The position numbers and the translations under genes were made by a program. From contig MGGJ01000006.1 in NCBI GenBank assembly GCA_001792345.1, forward strand, positions 22,656-86,655: DNA of 64,000 nucleotides, read 5' to 3'. This document shows positions 37,730-47,151 of this stretch, one piece after another. How positions within the stretch are numbered: position 1 is the stretch's first letter; the number at the start of each line of letters is the position of its first letter. A model generated the notes under the pieces. It had not been told where the DNA came from. It saw only the letters and a list, made by a program, of their open reading frames with translations, and made no database searches. The DNA comes from Candidatus Woesebacteria bacterium RIFCSPHIGHO2_01_FULL_39_32. GTDB lineage: Bacteria > Patescibacteriota > Microgenomatia > UBA8517.

Positions 37730-38656
37730 TTACTGGAAAAGGTTTCCTTGATTTTCATCGACAACACTTTTTCCAACATCTTTTACTCTTTGCGTAAGAG
37801 TCTTAAATCCGTAGGAGGAAAAAAGGGCAATTAGTTGAGGGCTATCGACTTGCCATCTCTTTGTTTTTTCCAAGTCGCTATCTAATTCCACATTTGTTAC
37901 AATTTGTGCGAGTTTCAAGGATAGATATGCGCTCTCTTTTCCATCTTCTAGTTTTTTAAGAGCAGATTCATTGATTTCATTTAAATGTTCATAAATTCCC
38001 TGCAAGGTTCCGAACCTTGTTAATAAATCAATTGCTGTTTTTGGCCCGATTCCGGCAACTCCGGGGTAATTATCAGACGGATCCCCGACTAAAGCTTTAT
38101 AGTCAGGAATCTGAACAGGCTTGACTCCAAGTTTTTCAACAACATCGTCTGATTTCATTAATTTCGCGTCAGACAAGCCTCTTACCGGCAGATAAACTCT
38201 CACTTTCCTTTTATCGTCCACTAGCTGCAATATATCTCTATCGCCCGTAACAATGACGACCTCGTCGATACTTTGCGCTTTGTCCTTTGCGCTTTGTCCT
38301 TGATCGGCAATACTGCCGAGCAAGTCGTCCGCTTCAAACCCGGCCATTTCAAAAAACGGAATATTCATAGCGGAAAGTACATCCTTTGCTTTTTCGAATT
38401 GGCCCGACAATTCCTTATCCATTGCAGGTCTTTGAGCCTGGTATTTTGGAAATTCTTTATGCCTAAAAGTCGGTTCTTTCCGATCGAAGCAAACCGCAAT
38501 ATGAGTAGGTTTCAAATCCTGAATTACTCTTAATAGCATTGACGTAAGTCCATATACAGCATTTATTGGTTCTCCCCTTTTGGTAGTCAAAGGCGGAAGT
38601 GCATGATATGCGCGGTGAAGAATCGCATTACCGTCAATTAGAACGAGCTTTGACAT
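37730..38656 (-). CDS. Stand-alone 5'-3' exonuclease (Pol I N-terminal / FEN-like)
   Basis: 'LVLIDGNAILHRAYHALPPL...GEPINAVYG' N-terminus and downstream H3TH region. Confidence 0.75.
   Translation of the reverse strand: MSKLVLIDGNAILHRAYHALPPLTTKRGEPINAVYGLTSMLLRVIQDLKPTHIAVCFDRKEPTFRHKEFPKYQAQRPAMDKELSGQFEKAKDVLSAMNIPFFEMAGFEADDLLGSIADQGQSAKDKAQSIDEVVIVTGDRDILQLVDDKRKVRVYLPVRGLSDAKLMKSDDVVEKLGVKPVQIPDYKALVGDPSDNYPGVAGIGPKTAIDLLTRFGTLQGIYEHLNEINESALKKLEDGKESAYLSLKLAQIVTNVELDSDLEKTKRWQVDSPQLIALFSSYGFKTLTQRVKDVGKSVVDENQGNLFQ
38271..38301. repeat. 14-bp direct tandem duplication (CTTTGCGCTTTGTC, 2.2 copies) inside the exonuclease gene
   Basis: Exact period-14 match across 38271-38301; encodes 'GQSAKDKAQS'. 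Confidence 0.6.
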
Positions 38657-38671
38657 TATGAAGATGTTTTA

Positions 38672-40558
38672 CTACTTACCACCATTCTTCTTCCCCACAA
38701 TTTTCTCAAAATCATCTCTATCAAGAGTTTCTTTTACTAGAAGTCCGTCTACCACCTTGTCCAAAATCTTTCTTTGACCTTTGACAATCTCCACTGCTTC
38801 TTTATACGCAACATCAATAATCTTTCCAATTTCCTTATCAATTTTTTCCTGCATAGCTTGGGAAACCTGAGCGGGTTCGTACCACTGAGCTTTCCCCATT
38901 TCGTCGATATCGTACTGGGGTCCTAAGTTAACCGGACCCAAATCACTCATTCCGAAATCCACAACCATCGCGCGTGCAAGCCTAGTTGCCTGCTCAATAT
39001 CATTAGAAGCTCCGGATGTCATCTCGTCAAAAACTAATTTTTCTGCTGCACGACCCCCAAGCATTGCCGTTATTTGCTGAAGTATTCTGGTTTTTGTTTC
39101 GTGTGTTCTATCAGCGGCAGGTGGTATTAACGTATGCCCAAGACTCATTCCTCTAGCAACAATTGAGATTCTGTGTACCGGATCCATTTTGGGTAAATTG
39201 TGAGTTACTATCGCGTGCCCCGCTTCATGATAAGCTGTAATTTTTTTATCTTCCTCGCTTTGTAATTTTCTTTTCGCAGGACCCAGTTTTACCTTGGTCG
39301 CCGCTTCTTCAATATCACTCATGTTCATTTCTTTTTTATCCTGACGTGCAGCATAAATGGCGGCTTCGTTTAGCATATTTTCAAGATCAGCCCCGGAAAA
39401 ACCGACGGTCCTATCCGCAACTCTTCCCCAGTTGATATCTTTTGCAAGTTTCTTGCCCCTGGCGTGGATTTTAAGAATTGCTTCTCTCCCTTCTTTGTCA
39501 GGCATGTCAAGAAGCACTCGCCTGTCAAATCTACCGGGACGCAAAAGTGCCGGATCCAGTAGATCACCACGGTTTGTTGCAGCAACAACAACAACGTTAT
39601 CATTAGGAGTAAAACCATCCATCTCAACTAAAATTTGATTCAGAGTTTGTTCCCTCTCATCATGTCCGCCAACGAATCCTCGTCCGCGCTGTCGCCCTAT
39701 CGCGTCAATTTCGTCTATAAAAATAATTGAGGGGGCGCTAGTCTTTGCGGTTGCAAAAAGATCACGAACGCGGCTTGCTCCAACTCCGACTAACATTTCC
39801 ATGAATTCAGAGCCTGCCATAGAGAAGAATGGTACACCAGATTCGCCCGCCACCGCACGGGCAAGAAGCGTTTTTCCAACTCCAGCTGGTCCAAAAAGAA
39901 TTACTCCCTTTGGAGTTCGAGCACCAATTTTTCTGTATTTTGCTGGGTTTTTCAAAAAATCAACTATCTCTTCCAACTCTTTTTTGGCATCCTCTACTCC
40001 AGCTACGTCTTTAAAAGTTACTGATTGCTTACCCTTAGCAAAAAGTCTTGCCCGGGATCGTCCGAATGAAAAAATATCCTGTGCACCCTTTGTCTGAGCC
40101 CGAATTATAAAAAAGAAAAAAACTGCCATGAGACCCAAAGGTAAAACTATGCTTAGAACTTCACCAACCGCCTTTGTGAGTGACTGATCGGCTACAGTGT
40201 ATTTTACGTCTATCGGATTGACCTCAAACTTTTCTATAAGCTCAGCGAAACTTTCAGTGGACTCTTTCGTTGCACTTTTAATTGACCCGTCCTCATAAGT
40301 CAAAATTAGCTTGTCATTCTGAACAACAATTTCTTTTACTTTACCATCCTTAATGTCGCTTAGAGCCTGTGAAGTCTCAACATTTCCTTCTGTTTTTCCA
40401 AATTGAGCTACAGAAAGAATGAAAGGAAGGAAAAAAAGAATAAGAAAGAAGGCAACTAGTGCTTTCCAGAGATTAATTCTCAGTTTAAACTCGAACTTTT
40501 TTTTGTTGTTTGTATCTTTTTTAAATTTTGATTTTCGGATTGCGTGTAATGGATCCAT
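38672..40558 (-). CDS. ftsH: ATP-dependent zinc metalloprotease FtsH
   Basis: N-terminal TM segments; Walker A '[17 protein letters not shown]'; zinc site 'HEAGHAIV'. Confidence 0.9.
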   Translation of the reverse strand: MDPLHAIRKSKFKKDTNNKKKFEFKLRINLWKALVAFFLILFFLPFILSVAQFGKTEGNVETSQALSDIKDGKVKEIVVQNDKLILTYEDGSIKSATKESTESFAELIEKFEVNPIDVKYTVADQSLTKAVGEVLSIVLPLGLMAVFFFFIIRAQTKGAQDIFSFGRSRARLFAKGKQSVTFKDVAGVEDAKKELEEIVDFLKNPAKYRKIGARTPKGVILFGPAGVGKTLLARAVAGESGVPFFSMAGSEFMEMLVGVGASRVRDLFATAKTSAPSIIFIDEIDAIGRQRGRGFVGGHDEREQTLNQILVEMDGFTPNDNVVVVAATNRGDLLDPALLRPGRFDRRVLLDMPDKEGREAILKIHARGKKLAKDINWGRVADRTVGFSGADLENMLNEAAIYAARQDKKEMNMSDIEEAATKVKLGPAKRKLQSEEDKKITAYHEAGHAIVTHNLPKMDPVHRISIVARGMSLGHTLIPPAADRTHETKTRILQQITAMLGGRAAEKLVFDEMTSGASNDIEQATRLARAMVVDFGMSDLGPVNLGPQYDIDEMGKAQWYEPAQVSQAMQEKIDKEIGKIIDVAYKEAVEIVKGQRKILDKVVDGLLVKETLDRDDFEKIVGKKNGGK

Positions 40559-40633
40559 ATTTAGTGAGTGTCCAAAGTGATTAGTAATATTACGAGGGTA
40601 ATATTAGCAGAAAAGGTGCTAGGTTGCTAGTTT

Positions 40634-41008
40634 TCAAATAATTTTTGTGCCTGGAATAACTTCGCGATCAACGACTAAGAGCACGGCTTCTTTATCTCCG
40701 TCTTTATTTTCCGGGGCAGCAGCAACAAGCATTCCTTGAGATTCTTCACTTTCACCCACCGAAGTATTGACGAAGGAGGGCATCTTCTTTGGCTCAATAT
40801 TCACGAGGTACGGTAACAGTTTCCCTACCAAATCTTCCGGTTTATACCACTTTTTGATCCCAGAAAAAATGATCCTTTGACCCAGTTTGGGACCAAAATC
40901 CACTACACAGCGAATGAGCTTATCACTCCCCTCGATCTCGGTTGCCTCAACAACCTTTCCGATTCTTATATCCAGTTTCTGAAAGTCTTCAATTGTTATC
41001 GTTTCCAT
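40634..41008 (-). CDS. tRNA-binding protein (CsaA/Trbp111/EMAP-like domain)
   Basis: 'DIRIGKVVEATEIEGSDKLIRCVVDFG...QGMLVAA' OB-fold tRNA-binding pattern. Confidence 0.6.
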   Translation of the reverse strand: METITIEDFQKLDIRIGKVVEATEIEGSDKLIRCVVDFGPKLGQRIIFSGIKKWYKPEDLVGKLLPYLVNIEPKKMPSFVNTSVGESEESQGMLVAAAPENKDGDKEAVLLVVDREVIPGTKII

Positions 41009-41009
41009 A

Positions 41010-41585
41010 TTAATAATTATCGGGATTAGAAAGACGCTTGTCTATATTAATAAGTTTTCTAATATATTCTGACATATTAATTCCCTCCTTTTTTGCTGCT
41101 TTTTTAAGATAATCAACTTGATGAGGATATAAAAACATATTAAACCTTTTGGTAAGAGTAAGCTGCCTAACCTTTGCCAGAAAATCCTGAATAATTGGCC
41201 TAATAGTTGTTTTCGTGTATTTTGCACCAAAAAAATAATCATTAAAAATTCTTTTACTCAAATCTTCATTTATAGAAAGAACTAAAACGGGCTTTTTTTC
41301 GCTTATTGCAAACATTGCCTCATGTCCAACTTGGAAATCTTCATTAGATACTTCAACAACAATCGCATCTGCTTGGTGTATCCCTTGTCTAATTGCCTCG
41401 TAATGCAAAAGCTTAGGATTATCTGAAAGTTTCAGACGAACTCTATCGCTTAAAAGATCCTTATAATTGCCAATCTCCGTGCCAATCAACGTAATATCGA
41501 ACCCCTTGAGGGTACTAAGAACCAAATCATAATATTTTTGGTACTTTTTCTTCCCAAAAAATGATGCTGTATAAAAAATTATCAT
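41010..41585 (-). CDS. Hypothetical protein with C-terminal ribbon-helix-helix
   Basis: C-terminus 'RFNMFLYPHQVDYLKKAAKKEGINMSEYIRKLI' is RHH-like; the N-terminal alpha/beta domain is unassigned. Confidence 0.35.
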   Translation of the reverse strand: MIIFYTASFFGKKKYQKYYDLVLSTLKGFDITLIGTEIGNYKDLLSDRVRLKLSDNPKLLHYEAIRQGIHQADAIVVEVSNEDFQVGHEAMFAISEKKPVLVLSINEDLSKRIFNDYFFGAKYTKTTIRPIIQDFLAKVRQLTLTKRFNMFLYPHQVDYLKKAAKKEGINMSEYIRKLINIDKRLSNPDNY

Positions 41586-41804
41586 ACATATCCACGGCTA
41601 AAGCCGTGATTCTCTTACTACATTTGCTTTCGGCAAATGAATTTCATGAGTTCAATCCATCCACGCATAAGCAAAGCTTGGCCACGCTCAGCGTGGTAAA
41701 TACGTGGTCTTCTTGAACCTAGTGCAAAAATTCCTTACATATATACATATCAAAATCCTTGATTATTAAACCTATAGGTTATATTATAGCACACAAACAT
41801 ACAT

Positions 41805-42659
41805 ATGAAACAAGTACGTCTCGCTGACACAATTAAAGTTATCTCGGCGTTTGCACTATGGAGCATGCTGGCCATATTTTTTAATAAAGTCACTCTTCCT
41901 GTAAGTGTGTACGTTGTGTTTGGTTCCTTGATTGCTCTTACTCTCCTTTATTTGTATTTTTATTTTGTTAACCATAGATTGCCACACTTTAAATACTCGC
42001 CTGCACTGTTGGGAATTTTTACAGTTGCTGCAGTCAAGGGTATTATTTGGTATCGAGCCCTCCAAATCTATCCTGTTGCTCAAGCAATGCTAATACATAA
42101 CCTTGCTCCTGTTGTAGCACTATTATTTGCTCCAATCTTAATCAAAGAGAAACCCCACTTTAACCATTTTATTGCAGTAATCACCGGATTTTTAGGTTTA
42201 AGTTTACTTTTACAATTTAATGGAGATAAAAATGCACTTATAAATTTGGGGGCAATATTTGCTCTTGGTGCTGCATTTGCATCGGGTCTTCAAGATATTT
42301 TTCATCGAAAACTTTCGCCTTCGGTTACTGGTCTAGAACAAGCATTTATTTTTGTTCTCGGACAAGCACTGGGTAGTGTAATTTTTCTACTTCCAAATCT
42401 TCCATCCACAATAACTTGGGTTGACCTATCTCATATAGCCATATTTGGTATCTTTGGAACTGCTATTCCAATTATTCTTCTTGCCAGCGCTTTCAAAAAA
42501 CTCAGGTCTTTTGAAGTTGCAACCTTAGGCTATACGGAACCTGCGCTGGGGGCTCTTTGGGGATCTTTGTTCTTGAAACAACCAATTCTTCCTTCAACGG
42601 CAATCGGAGGCCTACTTATATTCCTTTCCGGTCTTACTGCTATTCGTGAAGATAAATAA
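41805..42659 (+). CDS. EamA/DMT-family transporter
   Basis: 10-TM pattern with duplicated EamA-like halves. Confidence 0.6.
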   Translation: MKQVRLADTIKVISAFALWSMLAIFFNKVTLPVSVYVVFGSLIALTLLYLYFYFVNHRLPHFKYSPALLGIFTVAAVKGIIWYRALQIYPVAQAMLIHNLAPVVALLFAPILIKEKPHFNHFIAVITGFLGLSLLLQFNGDKNALINLGAIFALGAAFASGLQDIFHRKLSPSVTGLEQAFIFVLGQALGSVIFLLPNLPSTITWVDLSHIAIFGIFGTAIPIILLASAFKKLRSFEVATLGYTEPALGALWGSLFLKQPILPSTAIGGLLIFLSGLTAIREDK

Positions 42660-42727
42660 CTTAAGTCAGCCCCATTTTCTCCTTCACTTCTTTAACAGTT
42701 TCATGACAATTTTCTACTGCACATTTA

Positions 42728-44227
42728 TTACCTACTTAACTTGTTAGTAATCCCAACCACCCGATACACTTCTCTCATTGTTTCTTTTGCAACCTTTCTT
42801 GCTTTTTCAGCTCCTTTTTCTAAAATTTCTTTCGCCAGCTCAATATCATTCTCGAGATCTCTCCTCTTCCTTCTTGCTTCACTGAATTTACGCTTATGAG
42901 CCTCAAAGAGTTTCTCTTTCACCTCAACATCGCCGACTTTTCCTTCTCGATATCTTCTTTTCAAATTTTCCACTTCATCTTTATCATCATTTACAATGTC
43001 ATGATAAATAAATATGGGATTGCCTTCTACGTTCCCCGGGTCGGTAGCATGTTTTCTATTTGGGTCAGTATAGCTTCCCACTATTTGACGCCTGATTACC
43101 TCTTCATCGTCAAAAATATTAATTATATTTCCCAGACTTTTACTCATTTTCCGCTCTCCGTCTGTCCCAACCACTTTACTTGCATTACCCTCCTGAATTA
43201 AAGGTTCTGGAATGGGAAAAGTTTCGCCATGAGCTATATTAAAAAATCTTGCTGTCTCACGGGCAAATTCGACGTGCTGCCTTTGATCCTCACCTACTGG
43301 TACCCCGCTCGGTTTATAAAGTAATATATCTGCAGCCATTAATATCGGATAGTTGAAAAGTCCCATATTTATACTTTCCTTGGAAACACCTTTGGCAAGT
43401 TTATCTTTAAAAGCATGCATTCTATTGGTTAAGCCAAACGGAATATAGTTTGCCAACACAATTGCGAGCATGCTATGTTCAGCTACATCTGACTGACGAA
43501 AGTAAATTCCTTTCTGGGGATCAAGTCCCAAAGCAATGTAGTCAAATACATTACTAATTATGCATCTTTCTAGCTTTTCTCTGTTTTGAATTGTAGTAAG
43601 CGCGTGCAGATCTGCAACGAAATAATATGATTCGACTCCTTTTTCCAACAAATCAAATTGCGGCTTTACTGCTCCTGCATAATTACCCAAGTGGAGAGTA
43701 CTCCCACTTGGAGTAATTCCTGACAAAACTCGTTCTATTGTGTGGTGTTCTTCTTTTGCAGTAAAATCACCAATCTTTGCGCTATTCACCTTCAATAAAT
43801 CTTCTGTTTTCATTTTTAAACCAAACAGCTTATGTCCAGTTCCATCATAGAAATAATCTACGTCCAGTAGTTTTTTATCCAAGTAAAGCGGAATTGAATG
43901 TCCCAGTGGTGGAACCAATCCCGGAGTCAAACCTAAACTTGCCAAATCTTCCTCCGTTGCAAAACTAAGCCTTTTAATTCCTAATGATTCTCTCAATTTT
44001 TTACTATTAACCTTGCTATCGCCTCTTCGGGATACTGCAATAAAACCATTTTCGGTTTTATAAATCATTGTGGCAAGTGCATGTTCCATGGTATCTCCGT
44101 AGAATTTCATATGAGACGGAACGTCCATAGCTAAATCTTCCGGTAAAGGAATAAATTCAAATTCTACATTCGCGTCTATTAATATTTTCTCAATTTTTTC
44201 TTTCATAATTATTATTATACAGACCAC
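42728..44227 (-). CDS. trpS: Tryptophanyl-tRNA synthetase with N-terminal YbaK/ProX-like deacylase domain
   Basis: Class I 'TPSGSTLHLGNYAG' HIGH region starts near residue 170; 'KMSKSLGN'; the N-terminal ~165 aa carry 'GLTPGLVPPLGH', which is YbaK-like. Confidence 0.75.
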   Translation of the reverse strand: MVCIIIIMKEKIEKILIDANVEFEFIPLPEDLAMDVPSHMKFYGDTMEHALATMIYKTENGFIAVSRRGDSKVNSKKLRESLGIKRLSFATEEDLASLGLTPGLVPPLGHSIPLYLDKKLLDVDYFYDGTGHKLFGLKMKTEDLLKVNSAKIGDFTAKEEHHTIERVLSGITPSGSTLHLGNYAGAVKPQFDLLEKGVESYYFVADLHALTTIQNREKLERCIISNVFDYIALGLDPQKGIYFRQSDVAEHSMLAIVLANYIPFGLTNRMHAFKDKLAKGVSKESINMGLFNYPILMAADILLYKPSGVPVGEDQRQHVEFARETARFFNIAHGETFPIPEPLIQEGNASKVVGTDGERKMSKSLGNIINIFDDEEVIRRQIVGSYTDPNRKHATDPGNVEGNPIFIYHDIVNDDKDEVENLKRRYREGKVGDVEVKEKLFEAHKRKFSEARRKRRDLENDIELAKEILEKGAEKARKVAKETMREVYRVVGITNKLSR

Positions 44228-45318
44228 TGTTTTACATGTTTGGTACCTTTTAGAAAATAAAAGGGGGCATCCTCGATGTCATCCTTAACATAGACGGCAG
44301 TGTACTGATCCGACTTCGAAAGTATATAGCCCAAAAATTCAATATCTGTTTTATCCGAACCCAAAACAGGAACTCCGTGGTGCGGATACAATCTAGTCCT
44401 ACGATGGATTGGATGGAATGAATAGATCCCCTGCCTTGAAATTGTTGACACGTATATAGATTCAGGAAAAGTACTTTTAACCATATTTAGATTTTTCTTA
44501 ACACTCTGAATTGCAAGGTATTTTATTGTTACTTCCAAGGCTTCATTAGATAAATACTGAAGAGTACTCAGCTGAAAACCAGTGAGGTCATTTAAGGTTC
44601 TGTTACCAAATCCAAAGACAACAAGAAGATCCTTGATCGGGATTTCCTCCATAATTGCCAAGCTTCTCATCATAACCGGAGAAAGCGACTCGATCATCTC
44701 CGATATTTCCTTAGAACTTCTGCTCGAACGCAGTTTATTTTCTTCCATGCGAATAAGTTCCCTAAAACCCGATTGGTCCGGCACTATATCCATAAAATCC
44801 ACAAAGTTAATTACGCCATTTAACTCCAACTTTTGACAAAATAAATCGCATTTTTCATCAAATACCATTACTTCTTCGGAGCTTGCACCGAACAGGTCTT
44901 GATAAGTCTTACCTTCAGTCAGAACTGTAAATTTAACACCAGGAGAATAAACCTGTTTGATAGTTGCATCAATATCACCAAGCCTAAGTAAAAACGAAAG
45001 TTCTCCTAAATCGGGAGTCCTCCGCAAAGTCTCAACAGGGTTATGGCATTTGAAAGGAAATGCCTGAAAAACAAATTCTATAGGCTTATTTCCGTTAACA
45101 AACCTAAGAATATCTAATTCCAATTCGGAAGTTACGGAATAATCAACCAAATTCCCTCTGCGAATTTTATTATCTGCAAGCATTCTGACAATTTCAGGAG
45201 TTATCTCATCACTAGGAATCGTTCTTACTAGAGGACGTGGATCCCTGACCAGGTGATCTATTCCGTCAACATATTCTTTATCAATATCGTTTCCCTCTAT
45301 AATTTCGTTAAAATTCAT
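44215..45318 (-). CDS. Hypothetical protein co-transcribed upstream of trpS
   Basis: 13-nt overlap with trpS; 'AFPFKCHNP' faintly recalls DIT1/PvcA-family motifs (unverified). Confidence 0.35.
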   Translation of the reverse strand: MNFNEIIEGNDIDKEYVDGIDHLVRDPRPLVRTIPSDEITPEIVRMLADNKIRRGNLVDYSVTSELELDILRFVNGNKPIEFVFQAFPFKCHNPVETLRRTPDLGELSFLLRLGDIDATIKQVYSPGVKFTVLTEGKTYQDLFGASSEEVMVFDEKCDLFCQKLELNGVINFVDFMDIVPDQSGFRELIRMEENKLRSSRSSKEISEMIESLSPVMMRSLAIMEEIPIKDLLVVFGFGNRTLNDLTGFQLSTLQYLSNEALEVTIKYLAIQSVKKNLNMVKSTFPESIYVSTISRQGIYSFHPIHRRTRLYPHHGVPVLGSDKTDIEFLGYILSKSDQYTAVYVKDDIEDAPFYFLKGTKHVKQWSV

Positions 45319-45607
45319 ACCAAACTAACCCCTGTCCGTTTTCAGGACTAGGGGCTCCTTTCCCTATAAATTGTTCATTATCTATTGCCATATTGTTGTG
45401 TATTGATACACCCTCCTTACTGCAAAGCAGCAAGCTCTGCTTATCTCCGCACTCGGCTTTTCAATTCTATTTGAATACGCCTCGTGCCGATATTTATCGG
45501 AGGGTTGTGTACCATTTTTATAAATCAAAGGTACACAAAAAAACCCTTGCAAAACCACCAAAAATTGATGATCTTACAAGGGCCTTCTTAGTATTCAAGT
45601 ACTGTAT

Positions 45608-45642
45608 TTACTTACTACCTACTACTAACTACTTACTACTAA
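45608..45642. repeat. TACTAC-type tandem repeat, intergenic
   Basis: 'tttacttactacctactactaactacttactactaattt'. Confidence 0.5.
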
Positions 45643-45925
45643 TTTCGGCTGTGCCACCCTGTTTTACCGGCTCATTAAAAAATCCCCTCGCGGGGATGAA
45701 TATTTCTAATGAGTAAGTCTCATTCTTGACATTCTCCGCGTGTTTACACTGAGTGTAATCGAACGTGCGACAAATGTTGCAGACTTATTACGGTTTCGCC
45801 TCCGTGCTCGACATCCCTTTGACTTGGCTCAGGGTAGCCTTGCCAGCTATTCAAGGATCCCAATCAATCCTCTCAAAGCGTTTATTGAAAAGTATATTAA
45901 CAAAGATAAATTTAAAATGCAAATT

Positions 45926-46000
45926 TGGTGCCAGCGACTGGGATCGAACCAGTGACTTTTCGCTTATGAAACGAACGCTCTACCACTGAGCTACGCTGGC
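45926..46000 (-). tRNA. tRNA with CAU anticodon (Met or Ile2-lysidine type), CCA encoded
   Basis: Manual cloverleaf: acceptor GCCAGCG/CGCTGGC, D-arm GCTC-AGTGGTA-GAGC, anticodon loop TTCATAA, T-arm ACTGG-TTCGATC-CCAGT, 3' ACCA. Confidence 0.75.
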
Positions 46001-46085
46001 TTACAATGCGAAGCAGTGCCGAGCTTTGCTTACAAGCGAAATTCTATCAAATTCTGTGGTATAATACTACTTGTTTTGAAATACA

Positions 46086-46155
46086 TGCGGGGTAGTGTAC
46101 GGCTGCACGGAAGGCTCATAATCTTCCAGGCTGGGTTCGACCCCCAGCCCCGCAA
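46086..46155 (+). tRNA. tRNA with CAU anticodon (Met/Ile2 type), no encoded CCA
   Basis: Acceptor TGCGGGG/CCCCGCA (U1-A72), U8, D-stem GTGT/GCAC with a short D-loop ACGGCT, anticodon loop CTCATAA, T-arm CTGGG-TTCGACC-CCCAG. Confidence 0.55.
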
Positions 46156-46242
46156 CAAAATTATAATAATAATTTATCTGTATTTTTCCCCTTTAATCCT
46201 ATAATTACTCGGCCCCTACAAAATTAAAGTATAATACACTCC

Positions 46243-47151
46243 ATGATTAAAGATCGTTTAAAACCAATTACCACCCTTAGAGATGTATACCTCTCGTTTA
46301 AAGAACCATCACGATTGTTGCACTATATACCTAATATAGACAACTTTCCGGAAGATAAGGATCTAATTGTAAGACTTTGTTCTAGAAATGGGGACATTTC
46401 GGGCACATCCTTAGGGTTACTCACAATGTCCGGTCGGCAAACTACTTTAGATGAAAGGGTGGGGTTAGTTTATTTTGTGGCTTTGGTTGAAGAAGCGGAT
46501 ACAATCTTAGACGATCCTTCAACACCTAAATTTCAGGAACCGAAACAATTAAGCGAATTCCTCATGCCAAAAAATATTGTTTTGGACTCTAGTGAAATCA
46601 GCATTACTAAACTTCTCGAATTAAGTTTATCTAAATATAGTGAAGAAAAGAAGCAAACAATTCAGAATTTTATTTCCCAGATGCTCGAATTACATGTTGT
46701 TGATAAACCATATCCTTACTCCTACCACCAAGCACTTGAATATAAAGTGGCAACCGCTGTCTCATATGGAAGAGTTGCTTTAACTTTGATTAACAGCAAA
46801 TTTATAGAGTCGCCAGCATTCGACAATATTGCCACTTCCATACAAATTTTAGACGATGCTCATGATTGGCAAAAAGATTTTGAAGAAGGAAGCATGAATT
46901 TACTTCTTGGTACAGCCTATGATCAGTGGCAAACCAATGGAAATATCCCAAACCAAGATTGGAGCTTTCTTATCAATTTAGCTGGAAAGTCACAGGAATA
47001 TATCACTCCCAGAAAGCTTTTTAAACATCCCGAACTCCGGCATACAAAGACTGCTTTCGGACAGCATTTTATGGAAAATGCTTCAACGAGCGAAAGATTC
47101 CCATTCGATAAAGCGTTTTTTGCCTTATCGCGTCTAAAAATGGGAATTTAA
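46243..47151 (+). CDS. Hypothetical protein
   Basis: ORF only; two Asp-rich motifs, 'DTILDD' and 'ILDDAHD', about 120 aa apart. Confidence 0.35.
   Translation: MIKDRLKPITTLRDVYLSFKEPSRLLHYIPNIDNFPEDKDLIVRLCSRNGDISGTSLGLLTMSGRQTTLDERVGLVYFVALVEEADTILDDPSTPKFQEPKQLSEFLMPKNIVLDSSEISITKLLELSLSKYSEEKKQTIQNFISQMLELHVVDKPYPYSYHQALEYKVATAVSYGRVALTLINSKFIESPAFDNIATSIQILDDAHDWQKDFEEGSMNLLLGTAYDQWQTNGNIPNQDWSFLINLAGKSQEYITPRKLFKHPELRHTKTAFGQHFMENASTSERFPFDKAFFALSRLKMGI

Noticed and set aside
41643-41669. 'TTCATGAGTTCAATCCATCCACGC', similar to 'TTCATAAGTTCAATCCATAAACACG' at 10164-10190
   Set aside because: The two copies share about 20 of 25 nt, and both are intergenic. This is too little to call a repeat family, and neither is a tRNA. 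Kept only as a note.
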